Assembly: GCA_963771175.1 (NCBI GenBank)
Contig: CAVYSY010000032.1
Location: 224,001-288,000 of the forward strand
Direction: 5' to 3'
Source of the DNA: an uncultured delta proteobacterium
Lineage (GTDB): Bacteria > Myxococcota > Myxococcia > Myxococcales > Myxococcaceae
Length of the DNA: 64,000 bases
Shown here: one piece after another, positions 32,070-41,765 of the stretch
How the letters are laid out: each line of letters begins with the position of its first letter
Numbering within the stretch: the first letter of the stretch is position 1
Notes under the pieces: generated by a model
Told to the model about the DNA's origin: nothing
Database searches by the model: none
Seen by the model: only the letters and a program-made list of their open reading frames with translations
Translations under genes and position numbers: made by a program

Positions 32070-32991
32070 GATTCTGGAGGCCCTCCTCTCCTCCACGCTG
32101 GAGTACTGCCCGGCGCTCATCTTCGCCGCGCTCGGGGGCGTGCTCAGCGAGCGCTCCGGCGTGGTGAACGTGGGCATCGAGGGGATGATGCGCGCGGGCG
32201 CCTTCTGCGCGGCCGTGGCGGCCATCTCCATGCCCACGCCCGTGGGGGTGCTGATGGGCATGCTCGCCGGCGCCGGCATGGCCGCGGTGCACGGCTACCT
32301 CTGCATCCGCTGGCGCTCGGACCAGGTGGTGTCCGGCATGGCCCTCAACCTCGTGGCGCTCGCCGGCGGCACCTACCTCCTCGAGTCCCTCTACGGGCCC
32401 AACGGCACGCCCCCCATCCAGCAGCTCACCCGCTGGCACCTCCCCGGCCTGTCCGAGGTGCCCCTGCTGCGCGCCTTCTCCGGGCACTCGGCCCTCACGT
32501 GGATTGCCCTGGCGCTGCCCTTCGCCTTCCACCAGGTGCTGTACCGCACGCCCCTGGGCCTGCGGTTGCGCGCGGTGGGCGAGAAGCCCCACGCCGTGGC
32601 CACCCTGGGCCTGTCGGTACCGGGGCTGCGCTGGCTCGCCGTGGTGGGCAGCGGGCTGCTCGCGGGACTGGGCGGCGCCACCCTCTCCACCGCCGTGCTG
32701 GACCGCTTCGAGCAGCACACCCCGGCCGGCCTCGGCTTCATGGCCCTGGCCGCCATGGTGTTCGGCCGTTGGACGCCGCTGGGCGCCTTCCTCGCCGCGC
32801 TCTTCTTCGCCGCCGGCAACGCCCTGCGCATCGGCCTGGCCTCCAGCGCTCCCGGCCTCCTGGAGGTGGTGCCCCAGGGCTTCCTCCTCGCCCTGCCCTA
32901 CTTCCTGACGCTGCTGCTGCTCGCCTTCCAGGGCCAGCGCACCCACGCCCCCGCGGCACTCGGCACGCCCTACGAGCAGGAGTCTCGCTGA
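32062..32991 (+). CDS. Nucleoside ABC permease 2
   Basis: SERSGVVNVGIEG, LRAVGEKP, GFMALAAMVFGRW, PAALGTPY. Confidence 0.9.
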   Translation: MLEILEALLSSTLEYCPALIFAALGGVLSERSGVVNVGIEGMMRAGAFCAAVAAISMPTPVGVLMGMLAGAGMAAVHGYLCIRWRSDQVVSGMALNLVALAGGTYLLESLYGPNGTPPIQQLTRWHLPGLSEVPLLRAFSGHSALTWIALALPFAFHQVLYRTPLGLRLRAVGEKPHAVATLGLSVPGLRWLAVVGSGLLAGLGGATLSTAVLDRFEQHTPAGLGFMALAAMVFGRWTPLGAFLAALFFAAGNALRIGLASSAPGLLEVVPQGFLLALPYFLTLLLLAFQGQRTHAPAALGTPYEQESR

Positions 32992-33061
32992 GCCGGGTCC
33001 TCGTCCCTACCAGACTGGGTCCACGAGAACCCGGGTATTTTCTGACCGGGATTCAACTCCG

Positions 33062-33099
33062 ACCCACCCCCCGCGATGTATTCCCAGGAGGGGGTGGGT
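33062..33099. terminator. Inverted repeat downstream of the ABC operon
   Basis: ACCCACCCCC...GGGGGTGGGT; large loop, no U tail. Confidence 0.35.
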
Positions 33100-33326
33100 G
33101 GGCCTTCCCGTGAACGACACTCCAAGCGCCGGAGCTTCCAGGAAGGAGCCGTGGAGCGTCCGCCCCCGGACACCCGCGGCACGGGAGGGAGGCATCCGGC
33201 ACGCCCATCGCATGGAATGCGCGGCACACCAAGGGGTCCTGGCGGGGGCGTGCGCTTCGTGAGGGGGACGGCGGACGGAGGAGGGTGAGCGGCGTCCTGG
33301 AGCAACGCGGGGGGCGGGAGCCGACA

Positions 33327-33917
33327 ATGAAGCCAGACACTGCACACGAAGCACGAGGTGAATCGATGAGCGCGGCTGGCGAGGGCCTCTTGGCCGCGAA
33401 CGATGGCGATGAACGAGAGCCGGAGCCACCTGAGCGTCGCGGGCCCACTGGACGGTGGCGACGTGCAGAGCGTCGACCTGTGCGCGCTGGCGAAGCACGC
33501 GGTGAGCGTGCTGCAGACCACCGGCCACGTGAAGGACCCCGAGGTCCAGGTGGAGGTGCCGCACGAGCCGGTGTTCGCGAGGCTGAGCCGGCGGAGGCTG
33601 GAGCAGGTGCTGTTCCACCTCATCACCCACGCGGTGAGCGTGCAGCGGTGCGAGGGACGCCAGCGTGCGCGCCGTCCGGCTGACGGTGGAGCCGCAGGAC
33701 GACTTCGGGGACGACGGCCCCACCTTCCGCGTGCGCTACGCGGAGCGGGCGCGTCCGGAGCAGGAGACCGCCGCCGCAGGGCGAGCCGGAAACGGACCTG
33801 GAGGTGGCGCGCGAGCTGCTGGAGTCCCTGGGGGGCCGCCTCACGGCGAAGAGCCACGGGCTGACGGGCCGCACCCTCTCGGTGGAGCTGCCGGACCAGG
33901 GCACCGCGAGCTGGTAG
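33327..33917 (+). CDS. Degenerate HATPase_c-like protein without HisKA; frameshifted, start uncertain
   Basis: VDLCALAKHAV, RRLEQVLFHLITHAV (N-box-like with N replaced by H), then LEVARELLESLGG and TLSVELP. Confidence 0.5.
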
Positions 33918-33944
33918 CGCTCGCGGGCCCGGGGTGCTCGCGGA

Positions 33945-34630
33945 CTAGAACTTGTAGGCGAGGCCGAACAGCGCCTCCATGGTGAAGCGAGCCTGATTGC
34001 CCCGGTAGCGGATGTAGTAGTCGTTGGGGAAGATGGACGGCCCCATCCGCACGTTGAAGTTCACGGCGAGGTTGCGGCTGATGAAGTACTCCGAGCCCAC
34101 CGCCGAAGAGGATGGGGAAGACGGGACCGCCGCCCGAGCCGAAGATGACGTAGAAGGGGATGTCCATGCCCACGTTGAGCATGAGCGGCGCTGCCCACGG
34201 GGATGCCCACCGTGAGGGCGATGGGCAGCGCCAGGCCCACGTCGGTGTGTTGTCGTAGAAGTAGAAGAAGGGCCCCGGGGCGAAGCTCAGCCCCACGTTC
34301 ACCCGCGACGTCTGCAGCAGCATCAGCCGCACCCAGGCCTGCAGCTTCAGTCCCGGCACCACGCTGGTGACGATGCCCTCGCGGCCGTAGTTGAAGGTGA
34401 GCTTGCCGCCGATGTCGAACCTCGACGCGGCCCCGTGCAGCAGGCCCAGCGAGAGGCCCGGCCAGCCCACCTGGCCCACGAAGGCGGTGCCTCCCTGCCC
34501 CATCGTCTGGCCCGAGAGCACGGACCAGCCCTGGCCCCGGCCGTAGGAGACTCCCTCGTCCTGCGCCATCGCGGCGCTCGCGAAGCAGAGGACACCCAGC
34601 AGCAATCCCACTCAGAATACCGCGCTTCAC
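33945..34630 (-). CDS. Secreted hypothetical protein, probable small outer-membrane beta-barrel; frameshifted
   Basis: Signal ending AMA|Q, alternating beta-strands, C-terminal LFGLAYKF*. Confidence 0.65.
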
Positions 34631-36365
34631 GTACCCACCTCCGGCTGCCCCCGCTCGCGCGCCAGCGCGATGAAGGCATCGATGAGCTTCTGGAGCCGGG
34701 CCTCCGCCCGGGCGCGCGCGGCTTCCACCGGCTCGCCGGCGCCCAGCGTCTCCTTCAGCTCGAAATAGTATTTGATTTTCGGCTCCGTCCCGGACGGCCG
34801 CGCCGTCACGCGCCCGCCGCCCTCCAGCTCGAAGGCGAGCACGTTGGACGGAGGGAGCTTCTCGCCCTTCTTGTAGTCGAGCACGGACTTCACCGCGAGC
34901 TCTCCCACGCGCGTGGGCGGCGAGCCGCGGAAGCCGTCCATGATGCGCGAGATGACCTGCGCGCCCTCGGCGCCCGGGAAGGTGAAGTTGCGCTGCGCGC
35001 TCACGTAGAGGCCGAAGCGGCGCTGGATCTCCTCCAGGTAGCCGAGCACCGTCTTCCCGCGCGACTCGCACCAGGCGGCGAGGTCCGCGAACACCAGCGC
35101 CGCGCCGATGCCGTCCTTGTCCCGGCATCACGGTGCCCACCGTGTAGCCGAGCGCCTCCTCGTAGCCGAAGACGAACTGCGTGCCCTCGGCCTTCTCGCG
35201 CTCCAGGGCGCGGTTGGCGATCCACTTGAAGCCGGTGAGCACCTCGTCATACGCGACGCCCAGCTCGCGGGCGATGTCCCCGAGCTGCGTCGAGGACACG
35301 ATGGTGGTGACCACGTGCGGCCGGCCGCTCCGCGTGGGCCCCTGCACCAGCACGTAGTGACCCAGCATCACGCCCACCTCGTTGCCGGTGAGCATGCGCA
35401 TCTTCCCCGCCCCGTCGCGCACCATCACCGCCAGCCGGTCCGCGTCCGGGTCGTTGGCGAGCACCAGGTCCGCCTTCACGCGCTCGGCGGTGGCGAGCGA
35501 CAGGTCCATCGCCCCGGGCTCCTCGGGGTTGGGGAAGCGCACGGTGGGGAAGGTGCCGTCGGGCTGGTGCTGCTCGGCCACGACGTGGAAGCGGCGGAAG
35601 CCCGCCCGCTCGCATGGCCCGCTCCATCCACACGCCGCCCACGCCGTGCATGGCGGTGTAGACGATGGAGAGCGAGTCCGAGCCGCGCCCGTGCACGCGC
35701 AGCTTCAGGATGGCGTCCAGGTACGCCTCGCCGAGCGAGTCCGGCACGTCCCGCCACAGCCCGCGCGCGCGCGCCTCCGAGGGGCTGAGCAGCGGCACCT
35801 GGTTGGCGGGCTCCACCTTCGCGATGGCCGCGGCGATGCCCTTGTCGTGGGGCGGGATGATTTGAGCGCCGTTGCCCCAGTACACCTTGTAGCCGTTGTA
35901 CTCGGGCGGGTTGTGGCTGGCCGTCACCATCACCGCCGCGGCGGCGTTGAGGTGCAGGGCGGCGAAGGCGACGAGCGGCGTGGGCGACAGCCCGGGGAAG
36001 ACGTGCGCCGGAATGCCCTCGGCGGCGAGCACGCAGGCGGTGTCCTCGGCGAGCTCGGCGCTCATCCGACGGCCATCGCGGCCCACCACCACGCCCCGGG
36101 TGGCCACGTCCGGGACGGTGGCCTTGAGGTAGCGCGCCAGCCCCGCCGTGGTGCGGCGAATGACAGCGCGGTTCATCCGGTTGGGCCCCGCGCCCAGCAC
36201 GCCGCGCAGGCCCGCGGTGCCGAACTCCAGGTCACCCGCGAAGCGGTCCGCCAGGTCCGCCTCATCGCCGCGCGCCAGGACGCCCCGCAGCTCCTCCACG
36301 GTGGCCGGGTCCGGATCCGCCCGCAGCCACGCCTCCGCCTTCTCCTTCAATCCTGTCGAGTCCAT
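34627..36365 (-). CDS. Alpha-D-phosphohexomutase family (PGM2-like; possible phosphopentomutase); frameshifted
   Basis: FGTAGLRG, TASHNP, NDPDADR, FGYEEA, RPSGTEPKIKYY. Confidence 0.9.
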
Positions 36366-36379
36366 GAACCCCTCCTTCG

Positions 36380-36772
36380 TCAGGTGTAGTCGGTGAGCTT
36401 GCGGCGGGTAGGGCCCCCCTTGGGAGCGTCCTTCTGCCCCTGGCAGCTCACGCAGAACTCCACGTAGGGCATGGCCTCCATGCGCCCGAGCGGAATCTCG
36501 TCGCCGCACTCCTCGCACTCGCCGAAGGAGTCCGGGTCCTCGCGCAGCTTGCCCAGCGCCTTCACCACCTTCTGGAGCACGACGTCCGTGTTCCGGTTCC
36601 GGTTGGAGGCGATGGCCTGCAGCATCTCGTTGAGCGGCTGCTCGTCCTCGTCGCCGCCCACCCGCGCCTCGTCCGTGCGGTTGGGCTCGATCTTCGCAGG
36701 CGTCTTGCCCGTCAGCTCGGCGTGGAGCGCCAGTAGTTTCTGCATCAACTTCTCGCGCTGTGCCTCGGTCAC
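36380..36772 (-). CDS. TraR/DksA C4 zinc-finger protein
   Basis: FGECEECG...RMEAMP...CVSCQ. Confidence 0.9.
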   Translation of the reverse strand: MTEAQREKLMQKLLALHAELTGKTPAKIEPNRTDEARVGGDEDEQPLNEMLQAIASNRNRNTDVVLQKVVKALGKLREDPDSFGECEECGDEIPLGRMEAMPYVEFCVSCQGQKDAPKGGPTRRKLTDYT

Positions 36773-36793
36773 GTCGCAGCTCCACGTGGGGGG

Positions 36794-37595
36794 CTAGTAC
36801 TTCGCGGTGGACCTCTGCCCGGAGACAATGGCCACGGAAGCCGACGCGCCGATGCGGTTGGCCCCCGCCTGAATCATCTTCAGCGCATCCTCCGCCGAAC
36901 GGATGCCGCCGGAGGCCTTCACGCCCACGTCATCGCCCACCAGTTGACGCATGAGCGCGATGTCCTCCACGGTGGCGCCGCCGGTGCTGAAGCCCGTGGA
37001 CGTCTTCACGAAGGCCGCGCCCGCCGCCTTGGACAGCACGCAGCCGGCGATCTTCTCGTCCTGGGTCGAGCAGGCTCGTCTCGAGGATGACCTTCACCGG
37101 GTACGGCCGGCTGGCCTCCACCACCCGGGCGATGTCCTCGAGGACGAGCGTGTAGTCCCGGGCCTTGAGCGCGCCGATGGAGATGACCATGTCGATCTCC
37201 CGAGCCCCGGCGGCGATGGCCTCGCGGGCCTCGAAGGCCTTGGCGCTGGAGAGCGCCGCGCCGAGCGGGAAGCCCACCACGGCGATGGGCACCGAGCGCG
37301 AGCCGGCCAGGATGCCCGCGACCGTGGCCACGTGGCACGAGTTCACGCACACCGTGGCGAAGCCGTGCTCCACCGCCTCGCGGGCCACCCGGACGACGTC
37401 CTCGCGGGTGGCCTCGGGCTTGAGCAGCGTGTGGTCGATGTAGGGAGCCAGGTCCGCGTTGCTCCGGATGGACTCGGGTGGGATGCGCGCGGTGGAAGTC
37501 CGCGCCTCTCCGCCTGCTCGGGAACCAGGAATGCTGCGACGAACGTGGGCGGCGATCTCCTCGACCACCCGCTGGATGTCTTGGGCCTCGGCCAT
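36794..37595 (-). CDS. deoC: Deoxyribose-phosphate aldolase; frameshift near 37065
   Basis: [46 protein letters not shown]. Confidence 0.95.
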
Positions 37596-37698
37596 GGGGG
37601 GCGATGTAACCCACTCCAGGCCGCGCGGGAAGCACTCGTGAGGGGCCCCCTCGGACGTCATGCACCCGACGTCCGCCCCATGGGGTAGAGTTGCGTCC

Positions 37699-38907
37699 AT
37701 GGCCCTCGTGCGGTTCTTCTTCGCTCTCTTCGTCCTGCTCGCCGCCCTTCCGGGCCAGGCCGCGCCGCGGACCGACACGCTCAAACCCCTCACCGTCTAC
37801 TTCTTCGACGTGGGCCAGGGGGACGCGGCGCTCATCGTCTCGCCCACCGGCAAGACGGTCCTCATCGACGGAGGCCCTCCCGAGGCCGATGACCGGCTGG
37901 TGCCTCGCGTGCGCGAGCTCGTGCAGGGGCCCATCGACCTCGTCATCCTCACCCACCCGCACCTGGACCACCTGGGCGGCCTCGCGAAGATCCTCCAGGC
38001 GGTGGGGGCGAAGCGCTTCATGGACCCGGGCTACGACCACCCGAGCGAGGCCTACCGCAGGCTGCTGGACGTGGTGGGCAGGAAGGTGGGCCAGGTGATG
38101 ACGCCCACGCCCAACCCGAGCGCGCCGGAGACGCTCCTCACCATCGGCCTGGGCGAGGGCGCGACGCTCACCATCCTCTCGCCGCGAGCCCCGCAGGACC
38201 CGTTCCTCACCAACACGCGCTCGGACGTCAACGCCAACTCCATCGTCGCCAAGCTCACCTACGGGGAGACGGCGTTCCTCTTCGTGGGCGACGCGGAGCC
38301 GGAGACGGAAGCGTACTTGCTGCGCAAGCCCATCGACTTCACCTCCACCGTGCTGAAGGTGGGCCACCATGGAGGCCGCTACTCCTCCACCGCGCCCTTC
38401 CTCGAGGCGGTGAAGCCCCAGGCGGCCGTCATCTCCTGCTCCACGGACAACGAATACGGGCACCCCACCGCCGAGGCCCTGCAACGGCTCGGTGACGTGG
38501 GCGCGCACGTCTTCCGCACCGACCTCCAGGGAGAGGTGCAGGCGGTGAGCAACGGCACCACCGTCACGCTCACGGCCCAGAAGGATCGGAGCGCGCCCAC
38601 CGTCGTCACCGGCCAGGTGCACGGCCCCGTCGCCACCGGGCCCATGCGCTCGGGCGCCTCGCGTGCCGACGATGCCTCCTCCTCCCGGGTCGTGCGCGTG
38701 AAGGGCAAGCTGCCGGAGCGCATGGACACGAGCCCGGCCGTCGCATCCTCCGATGAGGGGCTCTTCGTGAGCCTCAAGGGCAGCGAGGTGTTCCACCTCG
38801 AGAGCTGCTCGTCACTCAAGCGGGCGAAGACGAAGGAGCGCACGGTGTACCCGACCCGAGCCGCCGCCGTGCGCGAGCGTCGCCCCGCCAAGGATTGCAA
38901 CCCATGA
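37699..38907 (+). CDS. Secreted ComEC/Rec2-type MBL hydrolase with C-terminal Ada-like metal-binding tail
   Basis: FFDVGQGD, THPHLDH, GDAE, KVGHHG, NEYGHP, RTD; tail FHLESC...RPAKDCNP. Confidence 0.85.
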   Translation: MALVRFFFALFVLLAALPGQAAPRTDTLKPLTVYFFDVGQGDAALIVSPTGKTVLIDGGPPEADDRLVPRVRELVQGPIDLVILTHPHLDHLGGLAKILQAVGAKRFMDPGYDHPSEAYRRLLDVVGRKVGQVMTPTPNPSAPETLLTIGLGEGATLTILSPRAPQDPFLTNTRSDVNANSIVAKLTYGETAFLFVGDAEPETEAYLLRKPIDFTSTVLKVGHHGGRYSSTAPFLEAVKPQAAVISCSTDNEYGHPTAEALQRLGDVGAHVFRTDLQGEVQAVSNGTTVTLTAQKDRSAPTVVTGQVHGPVATGPMRSGASRADDASSSRVVRVKGKLPERMDTSPAVASSDEGLFVSLKGSEVFHLESCSSLKRAKTKERTVYPTRAAAVRERRPAKDCNP

Positions 38908-40280
38908 GCCGCCCCGTCCGTCACCTGGTCGCCCTGCTCGGTGTGCTGCTCGCCTGTGCCTGCGAGAAGCAGCAACCTCCAGCCCCCGCGCCTGGACCCA
39001 AGACCCCGACCGCCCTGGCCCGGCGCTACTTCGGCAGGCCGGCCGACGGGAAGCTGCACGTCTACTTCTTCGACGTGGGCCAGGGAGACGCCACCCTCAT
39101 CATCTCGCCCACCGGGCGCACGGTGCTCGTCGACGCGGGCCCCGCCGCCGCCGGCACCCACCTGGCCAACCGCCTGCCCGAGCTGCTCACCGACAAGCTC
39201 GACCTCGTCGTCCTCACCCACCCGCGCCCGGACCACTACAGCGGGCTGGCGGCGGCAGTGGGTGCGGTGGGCGCGCGCAAGCTGCTCGAGCCCCAGCACC
39301 CCGACACCCCCGCGGACTACGACGCGTTGCTCACCTCGCTCGGAAGCACCGGGGTGGAGATCTTCTCGCCCGCGCCCTCCCCCTCCGCGCCCAACGAGCC
39401 CTTGAGCCTGCCGCTCGGCGGCGACGCGGTGCTGACCGTCCTCTGGCCGCGCGCCCCCACCGAGCCGCTGCTGGCCGGAGAGTCCGCCCCGGAGCTCAAC
39501 TCCATCGTCCTGCGGCTCACCTACAAGGACACCACCGTCCTGCTGACCGGCGATGCGCGGGAGCAGACCGAGAGCCACCTGCTCGCGCGTCAGGCTCCGG
39601 TGCGCGCCACGCTGCTGAAGGTGGGCGCCCACGGCGCGGGCTCGGCCTCCAGTGCCGCCTTCCTCGCGGCGGTGCACCCTCGGGCCGCCATCATCTCCAC
39701 GGGTGTGGCCAACAGCCCGGACAAGGCCGTGCTCGACCGGCTGGAGGCGGTGAAGACCCGCGTCTTCCGCACCGACCGGGACGGAGAGGTCTACGCCGTG
39801 AGCGACGGCCAGCAGTTCACCCTCAACACGCAACGGCTCCCCGAGGGCGAACAGCCGGCCACCGACACCGAGAACGTCTTCGTGGGCCTCGACAACACCC
39901 CCGTGCCCACGGCGGCCGTGCAGCCCGACTCCGAACGGGTCACGCCGAAGGGGGAGGCGAACCCGACGCGCCTCGCCAAGGCCGTGGAGTCCGGCAAGAC
40001 GCGGGGAGGCCAGCAGGTGGACATCGACCTGGAGGAGCTCTCCACGGCGAGCGCGCCGTCGAAGCCGAAGGTGATCTCGGTGACCAGGCCGCCCAGGGAC
40101 GAGCGCTCGGCCCCGGTGGCGAACGGCAAGATGTCCTACGTCGCCAGCCGCAAGAGCAATCTCTTCCACCTGCCGAACTGCCCCGCCGCCAAGAAGATCA
40201 AACCCGCCAACCTGGTCACCTTCAAATCCAGGGCGGAGGCGGCCAAGACCAACCAGCCGGCCAGGGACTGCAAGCCCTGA
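38904..40280 (+). CDS. Lipoprotein paralogue of the ComEC-type MBL hydrolase with degenerate metal ligands
   Basis: LLACAC lipobox region, FFDVGQGD, THPRPDH, KVGAHG, no YGHP; tail FHLPNC...QPARDCKP; ATGA overlap. Confidence 0.85.
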   Translation: MSRPVRHLVALLGVLLACACEKQQPPAPAPGPKTPTALARRYFGRPADGKLHVYFFDVGQGDATLIISPTGRTVLVDAGPAAAGTHLANRLPELLTDKLDLVVLTHPRPDHYSGLAAAVGAVGARKLLEPQHPDTPADYDALLTSLGSTGVEIFSPAPSPSAPNEPLSLPLGGDAVLTVLWPRAPTEPLLAGESAPELNSIVLRLTYKDTTVLLTGDAREQTESHLLARQAPVRATLLKVGAHGAGSASSAAFLAAVHPRAAIISTGVANSPDKAVLDRLEAVKTRVFRTDRDGEVYAVSDGQQFTLNTQRLPEGEQPATDTENVFVGLDNTPVPTAAVQPDSERVTPKGEANPTRLAKAVESGKTRGGQQVDIDLEELSTASAPSKPKVISVTRPPRDERSAPVANGKMSYVASRKSNLFHLPNCPAAKKIKPANLVTFKSRAEAAKTNQPARDCKP

Positions 40281-40297
40281 GGAGGAGCCCGCGCGCC

Positions 40298-40534
40298 ATG
40301 CCCAAGGTCACCCTGGACCGATTCGAGGAAGAGCTCGCCGTGCTCATCGTGGACGGGCGTGAGGTGACACGCCCGCGCGAGCAGTTGCCGCCCGAGGCCC
40401 GCGAGGGCGACGTGCTGGACCTGGACACCTTGAAGGTGGACACGGACGCCACCGAGCGCCTGCGCGCCGAGGTGCGCCAGGCGCGCAAGCGGGCCCAGAA
40501 GAAGACGCCACCTCCGGGGAACTTCGACCTGTAG
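40298..40534 (+). CDS. DUF3006-like small protein
   Basis: TLDRFEEELAVL, LPPEAREGDVL; GAGGAGGAG RBS. Confidence 0.8.
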   Translation: MPKVTLDRFEEELAVLIVDGREVTRPREQLPPEAREGDVLDLDTLKVDTDATERLRAEVRQARKRAQKKTPPPGNFDL

Positions 40535-40553
40535 TCCGGAGGCCCCGAGGCGC

Positions 40554-41753
40554 TCAGTCCGGTTCCACCGAAGGACGCGCGCGCGGCAGCAGCCCCACGA
40601 GGAGCACCGCGCTCAACCCGGCGAGCGCCCCCGCGGTGACGAAGGCGGTGGTGCTGCCCCAGGCCGTCCACAGCGCGCCGAAGAGCAGCCCCGCGACGAG
40701 CGAGGAGACCCCCGTCAGCCCGTTGTACAGGCCGAAGGCGCGCCCGCGGGCCTCGGCGGGCACCAGGGCGGTGAGCAGCGACTTCTCCGCCCCCTCCGCC
40801 ATCGCGTGGTACAGCCCGTAGATGGCGATGACGGTCATCGTGAGGGTCACCCCGTGGGCCCACGCGAGCGCGAGGTAGCTCAGCGCGTAGAGGGACCAGC
40901 CCGCCACGACGAGCCGCGACGCCCCCAGCCGGTCCGCGAGCCGGCCCGCCGGGAACGAGACGGCGGACTTCACCGCCTGCAGCAGCAGCCACGCCATCGG
41001 CAGGAACTCGGGCCGGGCGCCCTCCTCGGTCAGCTTCAGCAGGAGGAAGGCATCGGTGGAGTTGGCCACGCCAAAGAGGGTGACGGGGACGAGGTAGAAG
41101 GCAATCCGCCTCGGCACGGGCGCGAGCGCATGGGTGACGCCCGTGGCCGGGACGTGGGCGGGACGCGGGGGCTCACGGACGAACAGGATGGCCACCACCC
41201 CGAGCAGACCCGGCACCGCCGCGACGAAGAACACCTGCTCCACGCTCAGGCCGACGGCCACCAGCAGCAGCGCGGCGAGCGAGCCCACCGCGGCCCCCGC
41301 GTGGTCCATGCCCCGGTGGAAGCCGAAGGCCCGGCCACGGGCGCCCGCGTCGACGGACTGGGCGATGAGCGCATCGCGCGGGCTGGTGCGCACGCCCTTG
41401 CCCACCCGGTCCAGCGCGCGGATGACGACGGGCTGCCAGACCGCGGTGACGAAGGCCATCAGCGGGCGAGCCACGCTGGACAGGCCGTAGCCCGTCAGCA
41501 CCATGGGCTTGAGGCGGCGCGACCGGTCCGCCCAGACGCCGGACTGGTACTTGAGGAGGGAGGCGACCAGGTCCGCCACCCCCTCCATCGTCCCCAGCAG
41601 CAGGGGAGCCGCCGGCAACCTCGCGGCGAGGAAGGCCGGCAGCAGCGGGAAGATCATGTCGCTGCTGACGTCCGTCAGCAGGCTCACCACGCCGAGCAGC
41701 ACCACGGTGCGCGGCAGGCGGCCCTCACGAGGAGCGGCGGCGGCCGAGTCCAC
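40554..41753 (-). CDS. MFS transporter
   Basis: About 12 TM; DRVGKGVRTSPRDAL, GRAFGFHRGMD, GRLADRLG. Confidence 0.9.
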   Translation of the reverse strand: MDSAAAAPREGRLPRTVVLLGVVSLLTDVSSDMIFPLLPAFLAARLPAAPLLLGTMEGVADLVASLLKYQSGVWADRSRRLKPMVLTGYGLSSVARPLMAFVTAVWQPVVIRALDRVGKGVRTSPRDALIAQSVDAGARGRAFGFHRGMDHAGAAVGSLAALLLVAVGLSVEQVFFVAAVPGLLGVVAILFVREPPRPAHVPATGVTHALAPVPRRIAFYLVPVTLFGVANSTDAFLLLKLTEEGARPEFLPMAWLLLQAVKSAVSFPAGRLADRLGASRLVVAGWSLYALSYLALAWAHGVTLTMTVIAIYGLYHAMAEGAEKSLLTALVPAEARGRAFGLYNGLTGVSSLVAGLLFGALWTAWGSTTAFVTAGALAGLSAVLLVGLLPRARPSVEPD

Positions 41754-41765
41754 GTCCCCGCCCGA

